From the NCBI RefSeq assembly GCF_018977255.1, contig NW_024704742.1:77006001-77070000 (forward strand): 64,000 bases of DNA. The letters run 5' to 3'. Made by a program: the position numbers and the translations under genes. A model generated the notes under the pieces. The model did not search any database, was not told where the DNA came from, and was given only the letters and a program-made list of their open reading frames with translations. Each line of letters starts with the position of its first letter. Position 1 is the stretch's first letter. Origin of the DNA: Callorhinchus milii (lineage: Eukaryota). Positions 1-13,799 of this stretch are shown here, in pieces.

Positions 1-14
1 ACCATGAGGTGTTA

Positions 15-400
15 TTATAAATGTAATAATAATAATCCTTGCATTTGATATACCACCTTATCACATCTTCGAAACGTCTCAAAGCGCTTCACAGAATATG
101 CTACAAAAAGTGAATTGACTGTATATTTTGTGGATGAAATGCGGCTGCCAATTGTGTACAGCAGTGTCCCACAAACAGTTGTAGATTGAGCAACCAATTT
201 ATTATTATTTATTTTGAAGGGATCATTACCCCCAGAGAAGCGATCCGCCAATCGACTAACAACCGGGTTCCTACTTACTGCTAGTAAACAGAGGCGTGTG
301 GAGTAAGGAACTTGCCCAATGTTTCTCCCCACCAGGAATTGAACCCTGGTCTCTCGCTTGCGAGGCGAGTACTCTAACCACTTAGCTATAGGACACCACG
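15..400 (-). mobile_element. tRNA-Ala-headed SINE (family B), near full length
   Basis: Reverse complement shows box A/B tRNA head, shared 3' body and (ATT)n tail. Confidence 0.88.
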
Positions 401-804
401 ATACATTGACCTGTCAGCCTAGAGCTTATGAGTTTAAATTCCTAACATGGTTGTTGAACCCACATTCTTCCAACCCAGATATTATGGTGCTTCCTATAGG
501 CTGACAGCTCATCTTGTATTGACAGAGCAATTTACAATGCACAATGTAAATTTCCAACGTAAATTGTATTGTATAACAAAGAGGGTAACTAAGGACTGGA
601 ATCGGTTCCTAGGAAGGGTGGTTGAGGCCAGGATGCTGGATTTGTTTAAAATAAGCCTGAAGCTGTGATGGGAGGACGGTGGGGTGGATATTCAGGAAGA
701 ATTAAATCAAATGCGCCTTCTTTCTTAGAATCTCTCCTGTGGCATTCTGTGATCATTTGAGGTCATTCAGCCAGCTGAAGCTACTCTATCAATACACGAT
801 GAGC

Positions 805-1430
805 TATCAGCCTATTGGAAGCACCATCGCATCTGGATTGGAAGGATGTGAGTTCAAGAATCACGTGAGGAACTTAAACTCATAAGCTCTAGGCTGACAC
901 TCCAATGTATCGTGGAGTCCAGTAGCTCAGTGGTTAGAGCACTCGCCTCGCAAGCGAGAGACCTGGGTTCGATTCCTGGCAGGGCGAAACATTGGGTAAG
1001 TTTCTTTACTCCACACACCCGTTTACCTAGCAGTAATTAGAACCCCGGTTGTTAGTCGATTTGGCGGATTGCTTTTCCGGGGATAATAATTATTATTATT
1101 TGTGGGGTGGTGGGGAGGGAAGTGTTGCATTTTTAGAGGTGTTGTCGTTAAACCAAGGTCCCGCCTGCCTGTTCAGGTGGATGTTAAACATCCCAATATC
1201 ACAATTTGAAATGAGAAGGGAATTTCTCACAGTGTCCTTCTAACAATCCTCCAGATAGAAAAAAAATAATTGGTACATTTCATGGCTGTTTGTAGGACAT
1301 TGCTGTGTGCAAATTGACTGGCACATTTGCTCTACAAATACATTCACTATGCTTTACGGATAAAAAGCTAAAGTGATTGAGTCATTTTGAAGTGATACAT
1401 TGCTATATCGCATTCAAGGATTATTATTCC
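805..1430 (+). mobile_element. Deu-domain tRNA SINE (family A) interrupted by a family B SINE at ~911-1100
   Basis: Deu-type motif gttaaaccaaggtcccgcctgcctgttcaggtggatgttaaa; inserted head tagctcagtggttagagcactcgcctcgcaagcgag...ggttcgattcc. Confidence 0.82.
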
Positions 1431-2249
1431 TTCTGAAAACTTTGTTGATTTGTTAAAGTAACCTGATAAAATAGATTGAGCGCTGAACTCAGCCTCCCCT
1501 GTCACATAGATCAATGGATAAGTATGCTGTTGTAGTATTATCTATCAACAATGCAGTCCTTCAAATGAGGTGTCATTGAGGTTCCGTCTGCTTGTTCAGG
1601 TGGATATTAAAGATCACATGCACAATTAGAAAACAGATGGGAGATTCTCCATTGACCTGTCCAACAAAACCCTCGGAGAGAAAAATAAATGGTCCTTCGC
1701 TTCATGACTCCTTGTGTGTCATGACTGCCACATTCACCAACAAAATACAGTCACTTCACTTTACATTATATCCTATGAAGCAGTATGAGACATCCTCTTG
1801 ATATCCTCCCCCCCATGTAGAAAAGCACTATAATAATAAATATTATTATTTGTTAATAAACGAAGTACATAATTCCATGTTCATTGTTTGGTCTGTGCTG
1901 TGTTAAGTGATCTCAGGAATACACTCAATATATTTACTCACACATACCTTTCAGCAGGGTCATTGGCTGAGATCATCAGCAAATATCCAGATTAAGATAT
2001 TTCATTGACTGCAATTTCTCTGGACATGATGAAATATCTTAATCTGGATCTTTGCTGATGATCTCAGCCAATACCCTGCTGAAAGGTATGTGTGAGTAAA
2101 TATATTGAGTGAAGACAGATTTGGGTTCAGCTTTGATAACCATTCTTGTCCCCTCCCAATCATCAAATAACCTGCTGACACCCTCTGTCTTTGCTCAGTT
2201 ATGAAGAATTAACTATTTGGGTCAAGTACTGGAAATGTATCTCATCATA

Positions 2250-2492
2250 ACCTTGGGCAAGTTTCCTTACTCCACACGCCTAATAATAATCCCTCCAAAA
2301 CCAAAAACAATAATAAAATTGGCATTTTCAATCTACGACTGTTTGTGGGACATTGCTGTGCGCAATTGGCTGCCGCGTTCGCCCACAAATTTACAGTCAA
2401 TTCACTTTACAGTGTGTTCTGTGAAGCGCTTTGGGACGTCCTTCCGACGTGAAAAGCGCTATATCAAATGCAAGGATTATTATTATTATTAT
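2250..2492 (+). mobile_element. Young short-type family B SINE, 5' truncated
   Basis: Near-identical to 41517-41760 reverse complement; CpG-rich; (TTA)n tail. Confidence 0.9.
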
Positions 2493-4142
2493 AAGTCAGA
2501 AGAGAGATGGAAAAAATAGCAATTATTTGTTGTGGTGGATAGTGTGAACACCTTGAGTTGGTTTTAGCTGTTTCTAAATCACTTTCCTCTACTTCACAAG
2601 CTACCACAAAGAATATCAATAACATTGGCACAATTTTAAAAACTTATAAAAAGCCATAGAGTACAATCTACCATTCATAGTTATTCTGAACAAGTACCAC
2701 CTGCTTGTTCCACTCTGGAAGTGTGGAATGATTCATAGAAATTACAGAACAGAAGGAGGCTATTTGACCCAGCAAGCCTATGCTGTTGCTAAATTTCCCA
2801 GTGGGGCTATTTATTCTAGTTCCAGTCTTCCAGTCCATCCCCATACTCTTTTTATATTGTCCCTCTTCAAATGTTTATCAAATTCACTTTTAAATGTTAT
2901 GGTCTCTGCCTCAATAACAAGTCATTGGATGTTCTAATAACCCTCTATGTTAAAACATAATCTTCCCCCCTAATTCTCCCAGTGACTACCTTTAGTTTAT
3001 GCCTTCCCCCACCGCCCCATTCCCAATTGTTAACCAGCTGGAAAATCTGCTGGAATTTTGGAGACCTCTATTGGATTTGTTTCTGTGCTCCAGTAAAAAT
3101 GGTCCTATTGAGTTCATTCACTCATACTGGCTTATGTTAGGAAAACTCACTTTTATATATCTTTTGTAGCTGTTTTTTAATGGATGTTTGTTCTGTCTTT
3201 TTGCTTTATAGGTCAAAATGTGCTCCAAATGCCCCTTTACAAATCCAAACCGACATCAGGACACAAAGGTTTTATTTTCCTGATTGTAAGGAGAGGTGCC
3301 TGAATTGAAATTGATTTGTATTTCTATTTCAGTCTTAGGTAGGGTTAAAGATGACAGGAAATTATTTTGTTTTATCAAATCATTGTGCAAACAAGCATTC
3401 CTGGTGACCCACATGTCCTGCTATGTGTGCTTTCTACTGCCTGAGGGATTTGTGGCATTCCGCAGAGGGGACCAAGGAATCCACCATGCCTGGATTGAAG
3501 GGGGCTGGCAAAGGCTTATAATTGTCATGGTTGGAAGAATGCCTTTGACCCAATTGCATCTGTATAGTTTCCTTGTCTGGAATGCAAAGAGCTGAGGGCA
3601 GATTGTTCTTCTCAAGTGTATAGACTAAGCTATTAACTTGACAACCATTCAGGCTGTTTGTTGTGCCAGTAAGTTAACTCAGATACTGCTGTCTTGCAAG
3701 ACCCTAATGACAGGACACCACTTGCGTGTTTAGGCTTAGCTCTTCAAATTGATATTGTCATCTTCGGCAAAGTACAACAACTGCTGATGTTCAATTTAGA
3801 CTAAAATCTAAAAAGTTGAACTTCTTTGCTGATTAACTGAATCTCATCAAGTCTGTTTTTGGTTGGAGAGAGCATATAAAAAAAAGTGGAATTTGGGGTC
3901 CAATTTACTACAAACATGGGGTCTAAAATTTACAGTTTTTAATTTAAATCCAGTGCTCATTCAAGGAATATTGTAAATTCTATTTTATTTCAATCCTTCA
4001 CATAAAAATTGATTTCACTTCAAGGCTGTTTGTGGGACATTGCTGTGTTCAAAACTAGCTGTCGCATTCGCCCATGAATACAGGAGCTACACACTACAGT
4101 AAATCCTGTGAAACACTTTGATATGTTTCGATGACGCTAGAA

Positions 4143-4533
4143 TGAGTGAGCTCAATAGGAATCATAATAATAATTCTTTCGTTTGATATCGCACGTTATC
4201 ACGTCTGAGACGTCTCAAAGAGCTTCACAGAAAATACTGTAAGGTGATTTGACTGTCTATTTTGTGGGAGAAACGTGGCAGCAATTGCACACAGCAGTGT
4301 CCCATATACAGTCATGGACTGAAGTGAACAATTTATTATTATTTTTTGAATTATTCCCCCCAGAAAAGCAATCGACCAAGCGACTAATAAACCAGATTCC
4401 TACTTACTGCTAGGTAAACAGAGATGTGTGAAGTAAGGAAACTTGTCTAATGTTTTGTCCTGCCCAGGAATCAAACCCAGGTCTCTCGCTTGCTAGGCAA
4501 GTGCTCTAATCAATACGTACACTACAGGACTCC
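4143..4533 (-). mobile_element. Family B tRNA-Ala SINE
   Basis: Colinear with 15-400. Confidence 0.85.
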
Positions 4534-6265
4534 AAAATGTCAATGTGACTGTGAGAAATCTGTTCTGATGCTACCTGAATGGAGTTCCTATGAAATGGAG
4601 TTTCTTCGAAAAGAGAACTGAGCTCCTTCTCCTCGTGTTCTGGCCAACAATCCCCCAATTAAAACTCATCATTCACTTCATGGCTGGCTATTTGTTGGTT
4701 AAAAAACAAACAAAAAAAGTTGAAGCCCAGCATGAACTTTAAGTGGGAGCTTCTAAGTCATATAATGTAAATTTCTTTACAATTATTAACACTAGCACTC
4801 TTTCAAAGCAAGGCTTCATTATGAGACATGCCCGATGGCCCTCAGATTATTTCTGTCACTAAAGGTGACTTAGCCTTCAACTGATAAATTTACAATTTTG
4901 CAGTCTTTATGTAAGATGTCATCATAAGTAATATTTGCAATTCAATGAAATTCTACTTCGCTTTAAGTATGACTATATGAAGAATCCAAGTTCCTTAGAC
5001 TTTGAAGCATTTAGATGTGCTTCCCAGGCAATTATCAAATAATGGTGGTTATTTGTAGGCAGAAACACTCTATGCAGAAGACTGGTTACGTTCACAAACT
5101 TTCTGGCTAATAGTCTTCTTCTATGTGCAAGTCACGTTTTCAGGAGCCTGTAACCATCTAGCCTGACACTTCAGCGCAGTGCTGGGGGTGTGGTGCATTG
5201 TTGGAGGTGCTGTCCTTCAGATGAGACATCAAACCAAAGTCTCATCTGGCTGTTCAGGTAGATGTTAATGATTACATGGCACTATTCGAAAAGAGAAGGG
5301 AGTTTCTGCCAGTGTGCTGGCTATCAATCTCCCAAATAAAACAGATCATTCACTTCATGGCTATTTGTGAGACCTTGCATTTATGGCATAAATCAAGAAA
5401 TGTTCAATCAAGAAAATTTATTTTGATGGATGACTAAAAAAGGTTGGCCACCACTGACGTAAACAGTAATATCTCGGAGTGCTGTACAGAAATGATAATA
5501 CACTGAACAGGATTGGGGAGGACTGAGGTAACTATAGAGGTAGGTTCAAGAGGTTGTTTTTTTACGTGGCTTTTGAACACAGATAGAGGAGGGTAGATGG
5601 AGGACTTGAGGGGAGAAATTCCAGTGATGGGGGTATAGAGGCTGAAGGCTTGCTCAGTTACCAGTGGAAGTCATGGGGGATATGTAGTAGACTTGAGCTG
5701 GACAACCAAAGAGGATGAACAGACAATTAGTGATATGAGATGGAATTTGCGAACTCAGGAAAAGCCTTTATTCACATCACAATCTAATGATATTGTTTAA
5801 CATAGGCCCATGTCGGTGCAGTGTGATTAGTTGGTAGCAATCTTGCCTATGGGTGAGAAGGTTGTGGATTCAAGTTACATGTTGGGCTGAGACTCCACTC
5901 CATTGATGGGGGAAATGCTGCATTGTCCATCGGGAGAGATGTTAAACTGAGGTTCCATCAGTCTATTCAAGTGGACATTAAAAATATTTGAAAAGAGAAG
6001 TGAGTTTCTCCCAGTGTCCTGACCAACAATTCCTCAGATAAATTGATGATTTACTTCATGGCTGTTTATGGGTCATTGCTATGCACGATAGCTACTGCAT
6101 TAGGCCTCATGCATATTGTCACTGTATTTAACAGTAATTGCAGTAAACCTCACATAAGTTGTATCAGTTGGAACCATATACTTAATATGACTGATACAAT
6201 GTATGAGTTATGTCAAACTTGCATAGAATATAAACTCTTGAACAGAACTTGGACAGATGTACGAC

Positions 6266-6479
6266 CAGATGTGTGGTCCAACTGGTGGCCCATGGGTGAT
6301 TTAATGTCCGCCCCTCCCCCCAGACCCTTCCATTTCATCTGATCCACCCACTTCCTCCATATCCCCTAAATTTTATGTTTCTGGAACGGAAACACAAACA
6401 TATTGCTATGCGGTCAGCGAACGTTTCTCAAATAGGGCATCTCAGCATACCTCAGCAGCCAAGAGGTTGGACCACTCTG
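6266..6479. mobile_element. Degenerate hAT-like MITE
   Basis: Imperfect TIRs cagatgtgtggtccaac / gttggaccactctg; no clear TSD. Confidence 0.5.
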
Positions 6480-8874
6480 ACTTAGCCGATTATACAGATC
6501 ATGTGAGTGTTATTGTACTGTGGAGCACTTTGAAACATTTCACCATGCTATTGTGAAATGCAAGGAATATTATTTTACAAAAAAGATTGAATATTACTGA
6601 GATTTGAGTATTTCATAGGAGCAGTATGTTGCACAGAAGCTACCCTGGTCACCTCTCCTTGTTATTAGATTATGAATTGTCAACTTGCCCTATATGGGCA
6701 TTTTAATCTTGTCTGAATGAATCATAGCCTTCTGTTGGGCTTGGATTCTGTAATATTGTATGACTGGAGATGGAAATAAACACATAAGGAGAAAGCAATT
6801 GAAGAGACTAAAGAACCCCAGCCTATATTAAAGGATTAAGTTAGCTAAATAGACCAAAAAGCAGATGGTAGTGGGGGAAGCAATTCCCTTCCCTCAATCA
6901 GTTGGGTGTGGGGGGAGGGATTGATTGCCAAAAAAAAACTGGGCCTGATGCGAACAGCAAATATGTGAAAAGATCTTCAGAATGTTGATATCATGGGAAT
7001 TTGGAGTCTTGTGTTTTCCAAGCTGCCTGCTTGAATAACTCGAGAAGCACTCATGCAAAAGGTAGCGACAGGTAGAGGAGGAGTAAGAGGTTAATGTCTG
7101 GATGTCAGAAAGTGAACTGACCCGAAAGACTGGAATTTCTGCCATCTTCCACGGCCTTCGGTCAATTCTGTTTTGTTAAACCACATACTGATGATGGCTA
7201 TTGGTTACTTGAACCTTTTCAGCTTTTGACGTCTTGTCCCTGTGGATTCCCTGGGCTAGTGGTGGGAGTTCTCTACACTCAGGTAAAAGATTTATTCACA
7301 AGTCGAAGCAAGGGCTGAGAAGGACAATCTCTTTTCATGTGTTTTCTCTACACACCCTCTTTAAGCCACATACAGGTATAATTTTGTGTTTGTGTGAGAG
7401 AGAGGATGTGAGTCTTTAACCCCATGTCCCACCCCTGAGCTGGGTGGTCCCTTGATTATTTGACAGTAAATGTCTCGTACAATATGAAATCTGAGCCCTC
7501 TGTGTTCATCTGAATCAGATGTGTGCTGCTTCTGACAATACCAGAACAATCAAGTTGCCTCAAAATTTTGAACTATATAACTCAATCTTGTCTACTGTTA
7601 CCTTCATATTGGTCTTGTATGTATGTGTCTCCTTCCTGCCCCCAACCCCCTCGGCCTCAAGAATGCTGAAAGCAGAATCTTACAACATGCAAGATATTAC
7701 ACTGGTATGTGTGATTCTAGATAAACAGTGCCGCCAGCAATTTCAAAGCATATAATCTGTCTCCGGAATTAGTTTGATATATTCTTCCACTATCTGTGAA
7801 AAACAATTTTATATCTCTACACAGTCTGCTGTTGTACCAGAGGTAATGAAATTTCCGCTAAAGCTGGATGTCCTCCAAAACCAAGATTAAAGTTTACAAT
7901 AGCCCTTTCGGCCTTTTCTGGACTTAATTACATTTATACAAAAATACATTGTTTAACTAGTTATAATTATTTCATCACATTGCTTTTCTTCCAAAGTGTT
8001 TTTTTTAGAGGGGCAGAGTCCTGATTTTTAAAAATTGGTAAATGTTTTTATGTTGTCTCGATGAAAAATGTGCCTTTAATATTTCAAATTGGAGCACTAT
8101 TGTTGAAATAGGCGAACCCAATGTTCCAATGTTAGAATAAGAAAGACAAAAGCTTCTTTCTCTGCCCCCCCCCCCCCCCCCAACCCCAGCAAGAATAAAT
8201 CTGACACAACAACTTGCATTTATATAGCACAGAGTATCCCAGAGCGCTTAAGGATATTATCCCAAACAGAGTATGGTGCTGTTTTAAATTGCTGTGGTGG
8301 TGGGGGGTGGGGGAAGGGGGAGAATGTGGTTTGGATGGATCCGAGTTATATCCTTGTTTTGAGAAAGGGCTGAGCCCACCTCCAGCAGAGGGGGACGCGC
8401 AGTAAACCAGCAACAGCTTATTTCATGCCGATAAGTTTGTTCCAACTTTCCTTTGTTTTTCCCCGGATCTGTTCCAATTTTCCTTTTTTTTTGTCCGTGT
8501 GTTTGTGTTTTTAATTAAAATTTTCCAATTAGTTTATCGTTTTTCATTAAGCTAGTGGAAACTTTTAAACATTGGGCTGTATTACACAGGGCAAAATAAA
8601 CCATGTAATTGGCAGCAGTTAGACTAACTGTAACTTGCTGCTGGCCAGCTGTGCAGGTTCTCTCACTGAAAGTCATCCTGATTTTAGAAAGAAAGGTTAG
8701 ACACAGTCCAGTCCACTTTCATAAAAGCACGCACCACCCAGATATGAGGCACTGAGGACTAGGTCCAATACAGTGCTATGATCTGTATTACCATTGGACA
8801 GACATTGAGTTACCCTTTGAATCAAGTTTAGATTTCAGCAGAAGTTTTATTGTTTTAAACAATTTACTGTATCT

Positions 8875-9452
8875 CATAATCCTTGCATTTGGTATAGAAC
8901 CTTTCATTTCAAGAGAACATCCCAAAGCACTTCTCAGGATATACGGTAAAGTGGAGTAACTGTGTCTTTTTTTGGCAAATGTGGTAGCCACCTTTGCACA
9001 CAAAAATAACTCCAAAACAGGGGGATTGTTGCCCAAGAAACTGGGAGAAACTCCCTTCTCTTTCAGAATAGTGCCGTGGGATCTTTAAATGTTCACCTCA
9101 ATAGACAGATAGATGGGGCTTGGCTGAAGTACAGTATCTCCAAAAATGCAACACACCCTCAGCACTGCATTGGAGTATCAGCCTGGACTGTATGAGCTCC
9201 GAATCCAGACAACAACAACAAGATTCCATTTATAGAGCGCCTTTCACGTCGGGAGGACGTCCCAAGGCGCTGTACAGTTGGGTCAGGACCCGAGCAGGGG
9301 ATAAAATGGTCAGGGTGAGGGAAGGGAGGGAGCGAGGAGGGGGTAGAGACTCGAGAGGGGAGCTGAAGGCACGGTCAAAGAGAAAACATGAGGCTTGAAC
9401 CCACAACTTTTTGACTCAGAGGTGGGAGTGTTACCAACTGAGCCAGGCTGAT
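8875..9452 (-). mobile_element. Family A Deu SINE interrupted by an L2 3' fragment (~9210-9386)
   Basis: SINE body resumes at gaggcttgaacccacaac; the insert matches the reverse complement of the L2 3' end at 55970-56160. Confidence 0.8.
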
Positions 9453-12259
9453 TACCACAATGTTTGTGTGTAATACCATGTGTAAAGTTTTGTTGTGTGT
9501 GTGTGTGAGAGAGCGAGGCAGAGAAACAGAGAAAGACTATGTGTAAGGTCTCGTTCTGTCTGTGCTATTTTTCCTGAAATCCATTTCATAATGATTGGTG
9601 TGAGCGAGCACTACATGAGTGGTGAAATGCCACTCCCTGATGTGGTACTGGACCACATATATATCAGATTTGTTGTGTCTCAAAGCACTTCACAGAATAT
9701 ACTATAAAAAGAATTGACTGATAATTGACACATCGAATGATGCATTCTCCCTCCCAATTTATGTCACGTTATTTTGGTAGTCAGTCGATCTTGTATAAAC
9801 TTGTTGTTGACTGGATCTGCTTCTTCAGTTGAGGTGATCTTGGTTCCTGAGGCAGGTAGGTCCACAGTACCCAAGGTATTATTGATGATAAACCAGCCAG
9901 CCCGACTCATCAGCAACACTTGGAGAAGTAGGGAAGGGAACGGGGAGGGGAACCTTATCACTCGGTTCTAGTTAACCCTCCAAGTTAAAGCCCTATTGAG
10001 TAAGGATGGTCCTAGCTGAATAAATAACAGGAAGTTTGCTAGTGTTCACATTGGTAAGCAGGTTGTTTTAGGTGGCTCAAGCTCCAGCAGTTTCTCAACG
10101 CACACTCTGGTATCCTCAACCTTTGGCTCTCGCCAACCTGCATCTAAGCTGTCTCAGGATTCAGTAAGCAGAGTGTGTCCCTGTGGTAGAGAGTGCATAT
10201 TCTGTGACAGACACATGGAAACCATACATATGTGGAACCCTCAGTGGTTTGGTTTGGCAGTCTCTTAAGCACAATGATGCATTTACACATGTGTCCAACA
10301 CCCAGCTGTCAAAAAAAATCAGGTTCATTTGAAGTTCATTTTAATCTTAATATTATTAATGAAAGACAATTTGGCAGCAGAATTACACGAATTGGCTTCA
10401 ATCCTTTCTCTGGCAGCCCATAGATTGGGGAAGGAAAAGTACTGAGAGGAATCCATCTGAATCCAAAGACACTGACTTGTCACATTGTAAACTGGATGCA
10501 GAATTAAATCTTGAGAGTTTTATATATCCAAAGGGTATATTGCCAAATCTTCTCTGTAACCAGGTGACCTCTGGTTTCAAGAACCCTCACTTATCTTCAG
10601 TACGCATTAGATTTTGGGTGAGTGTCAGTTTAAAAAGAAAATGGAGTAAATTTTGTGGCATTTCAAAACTATCAATAGCATTAAATACTAAACAATGTGA
10701 TCAGCCGCGATATCAAGATGCAAGTATTTCTTTTCTGTGTTTTTGTGAATCCAAGGACACACAAAGAAAGTCCACCAGTGTTGTTGCAAAGCTCCAAACA
10801 CACACTGTCCAATTTTCTCCCAGGATAAATCAATGCTTTCAAGGAAGGAATGGTGGGGGCGAGAGGAACAATTGGGAAGAATCTATGGTAGGGCAAAATA
10901 TACATGTTCTGCGGAAGGAATAGCCTTGATGGGCTAAATTCTCATTCATTACATTCTTGTATAATTATAAAATGGAGTCATATGCAAGATCTCTGCTTGA
11001 GAAAGTAGTTTGAATTGATGATGTTCCTGGAACTATCATAGATTTAATGGAATTTGTCCAATTGTTTTTGACCTGATTTGTAGGAGAAGAGTTTATGGTG
11101 GGTGACGTGTTATAAAAGTGACTGAGTTGAATGTCCCTTTGCGTTAAAGTGTATAAAGCAGTGTGTGTTTGGGTTGGTATTCTTTTGTTTTGGAATATCA
11201 ACGGGCTGTTTGAAAACACTGAATGAATGAACATTGCTAACCAAAAACATCTTCCATTAGGAGTTATACAGTCTTTAAAGCACCGCATTATACCAGATCC
11301 TATTCTTGTTCTCTGGCATTCTCTCTCTGTGCGTATTAAGTCTTTTTTTCTTATCTTTTATTTGTCTCTCACTTTCTGGTCTTTCTTTCTCTCTCCCAAG
11401 TCGAGTGCACTCTCTTTTTTCTCTCTCTCACTTCCCGAGTCATTTTCCCTCTCACTCTCCTCTCCACACACCAATCACTATAACTTTCTCTCTCCCTCCC
11501 TGATTCACTCTTTCTCCAACTCGCTCACTGTTTCTAACTCTATACTGCTAAATAAATATTTACCTTCAGGCTACCAGATGGACACAAAGTTACTTGGCCT
11601 GTGCTTTAGCTTCATTGTTGGCTCACAGTCACATTGTGTAAGTAAATTGAGTTCCTAGAAACTTCACTTGTAAGTATATAACTGTCTTGTTTTGGCCTGT
11701 ATCACAGCCCCAAATTCATTTCCACTTTGGAGCCCAATGAGGATAAATGGTCACGTGGATATTCGGCATTCTACTGTAATGTTTTCATTTGATATAGTGC
11801 CTAGAATATCAAACCAACTCAGAGCACTTCACAGTTACGGCTGTAAAGTGTAGCGAATGTACATTTAGTGAGCGAACATGCCAGCAGTTTAGTGACGGCA
11901 AATCCCAAGAGCAAACAAGAAGTGAATGAGCAAAATATCTGGAGGATTATTGACCAGAGCACTGGGAGATATCCCTTCTATGATTTGAAGTGAGAATAGG
12001 AAGAATTTTCATGTGCAAGTGATGTGATGGTGAGTTTAGATAGGATTTATATAAACTTTGTCTTCATAAATGAACAAAACATTGTCCTTTTAAATACCTA
12101 ACATAGGACTATAAACTAAATAGTAAAACTCCAGTCTCATGGTTCACCAATTAGAAGACTATGAATGTATGTTTTCAAACATAATAAATAATACTTGAAA
12201 GATGTGTGAAATCCTGTAAATAATGTCATGATCAGGAGGGGTTGAGCTCAGTGCAGAGA

Positions 12260-12508
12260 GTTGTTTAGATTCATAAAGCAACCCAGTGTGTTTTGGCTCC
12301 TTTCCATCCAGCTCTCACTGTGCTGGGGGACAGCTGACGTCAGAGTCTAATTGCTATAGTACAGAGTCTGACTGAGTTCGTGGCAATCACTATCTTACTT
12401 AAAGACAAAAGAAGCATCTCCTGAATCTTCCTGATTCTAATGCTAAGCATGTGACCATGACCACTGGTGAACTGGAGAGTACTCGGAGTTTGGTGGTGGT
12501 GATAACCT
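12260..12508 (+). promoter_or_regulatory. Candidate promoter / non-coding first exon of FREM1
   Basis: Repeat-free island with overlapping E-box CAGCTG (12331) and perfect CRE TGACGTCA (12335-12342), ending in donor-like CT|gtgagt at 12509; the acceptor at 16470 needs an upstream exon. Confidence 0.35.
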
Positions 12509-12934
12509 GTGAGTATTTAGGAAGATTATTTACTTGTGTCTTTTGCTGTGTGTTTATTTCAGAAATCATCAGCTTTCAAGTGGCTCTCAGTTTAGCACGT
12601 CCTTGAGTTCCGATGGCAGAGAGGTATCTCTCAATTTACATACGTTTGCTCTTCTGAAATGCTTGCTCTGACCTGCCACCAAGTGGGAAATATACAGCTC
12701 TTGATTCCACTAGCACCTGTGATAGAGGTAATAATAATCCTTGTATTTGGTATAGCGTCTTTCAGGTTAGGAAGTCATCGCAAAGTGCTCCACAAGGTAG
12801 ACTGTAAAGTGGAGTGACTGTGTTTTGTGGGCGAACACTAGATATATGCTGTGTTGTTGATCAATAATAGTGTGACTTGTAAAAATACAGTACAATGTGT
12901 GAATTTGTGCCATCTGTTAGTTTACTTCTATAAG

Positions 12935-13275
12935 TATCCTGCAGTTCTGTAGCTCTGTGCTTTGAGCACTCGCAAGCGAGAGACCTGGGTTCAATTCCTG
13001 GCAGGGTGAAACTTTGGGCAAGTTCCCTTATTCCACACGCTTCCGTTTACCTATCAGTAAGTAGGAACCCGGTTGTTAATCAATTGGCGGATCGCTTTTC
13101 TGGGGGTAATGATTCCTTTTAAAAAAAATGGTCACTCAATCTACGACTGTTCGTGGGACACTGCTGTGCACAATTGGCTGCTATGTTTTGCCCACAAAAT
13201 ATACAGTTAATTTACTTTACAGTATATTCTAAGGTGCTATGTCACATGCAAGGATTATTATGATTATTATTATTT
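12935..13275 (+). mobile_element. Family B tRNA-Ala SINE
   Basis: ctcgcaagcgagagacctgggttcaattcc head, shared body and tail. Confidence 0.85.
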
Positions 13276-13389
13276 ATTATTTAATTATAAGTTAAATTTT
13301 CATGTGCTCAGTCTGTGGAGCTCAATTTTTAATTTTTTTAAACAAATTTTAATTTATCTTCTTATTTGTCCTCCTGATTTCACGGTTAC

Positions 13390-13705
13390 CTTCACTCCTT
13401 TTCTGAAGGTGTGAATGGTAGCACAAGACAATCTTCATGAGCCTACTAGTGAGTGATTATAAGAGTAAGAGTCAGTTGAGTTTAGACTCAGTGAGTGGAA
13501 CACAGCGATGTATTTCCTGACCAGCAGAGGGCGAAACTTGGACTACAATTTTCTTTCCCCTGTGTTAACCAAGGAGGCTAAAAGGAATTGCTGTGGCCCT
13601 ACCAACATTGCCAGCCGATACTGACTGCAATTGAACCTGGAACTTCCCTGTTCCGTATGGCTCAGCAACCCACATCACAGTGCGGGTTTATTCACTGAGC
13701 CATGA
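13390..13705 (-). mobile_element. Old third tRNA-SINE family (C); related pieces at ~1890-2240, 19400-19630, 35000-35260, 46340-46480, 48070-48340, 53130-53310
   Basis: Shared motifs (agttagctgatctcagcc, aatcagccagggttcc, gaatagcctgtcgacactcac) among copies. Confidence 0.55.
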
Positions 13706-13799
13706 GAAAGGGAGGGAGAAAGTTTTTTTTCATAGGATATAAAATCTAACATCTCATGGAGTTTAGATGCTGTTTGTAAAGTATTCTGGGTCCACTGTT

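Noticed and set aside
914..990. tRNA-Ala(CGC)-like sequence (also 41765-41835 on the minus strand)
   Set aside because: Acceptor stem does not pair and it continues into SINE body; a SINE head, not a tRNA gene
8165..8181. Poly-C run and nearby G-rich tract as G-quadruplex/promoter
   Set aside because: No CpG island or other support; homopolymer length is unreliable
9764..11288. ORFs of 60-148 aa (10477..10923, 10965..11288, 9764..9961)
   Set aside because: No recognisable protein family or consistent splice structure; may be a very decayed element but cannot be supported
11227..11658. Ser/Leu/Phe-rich ORFs
   Set aside because: Translation of a CT-rich low-complexity tract
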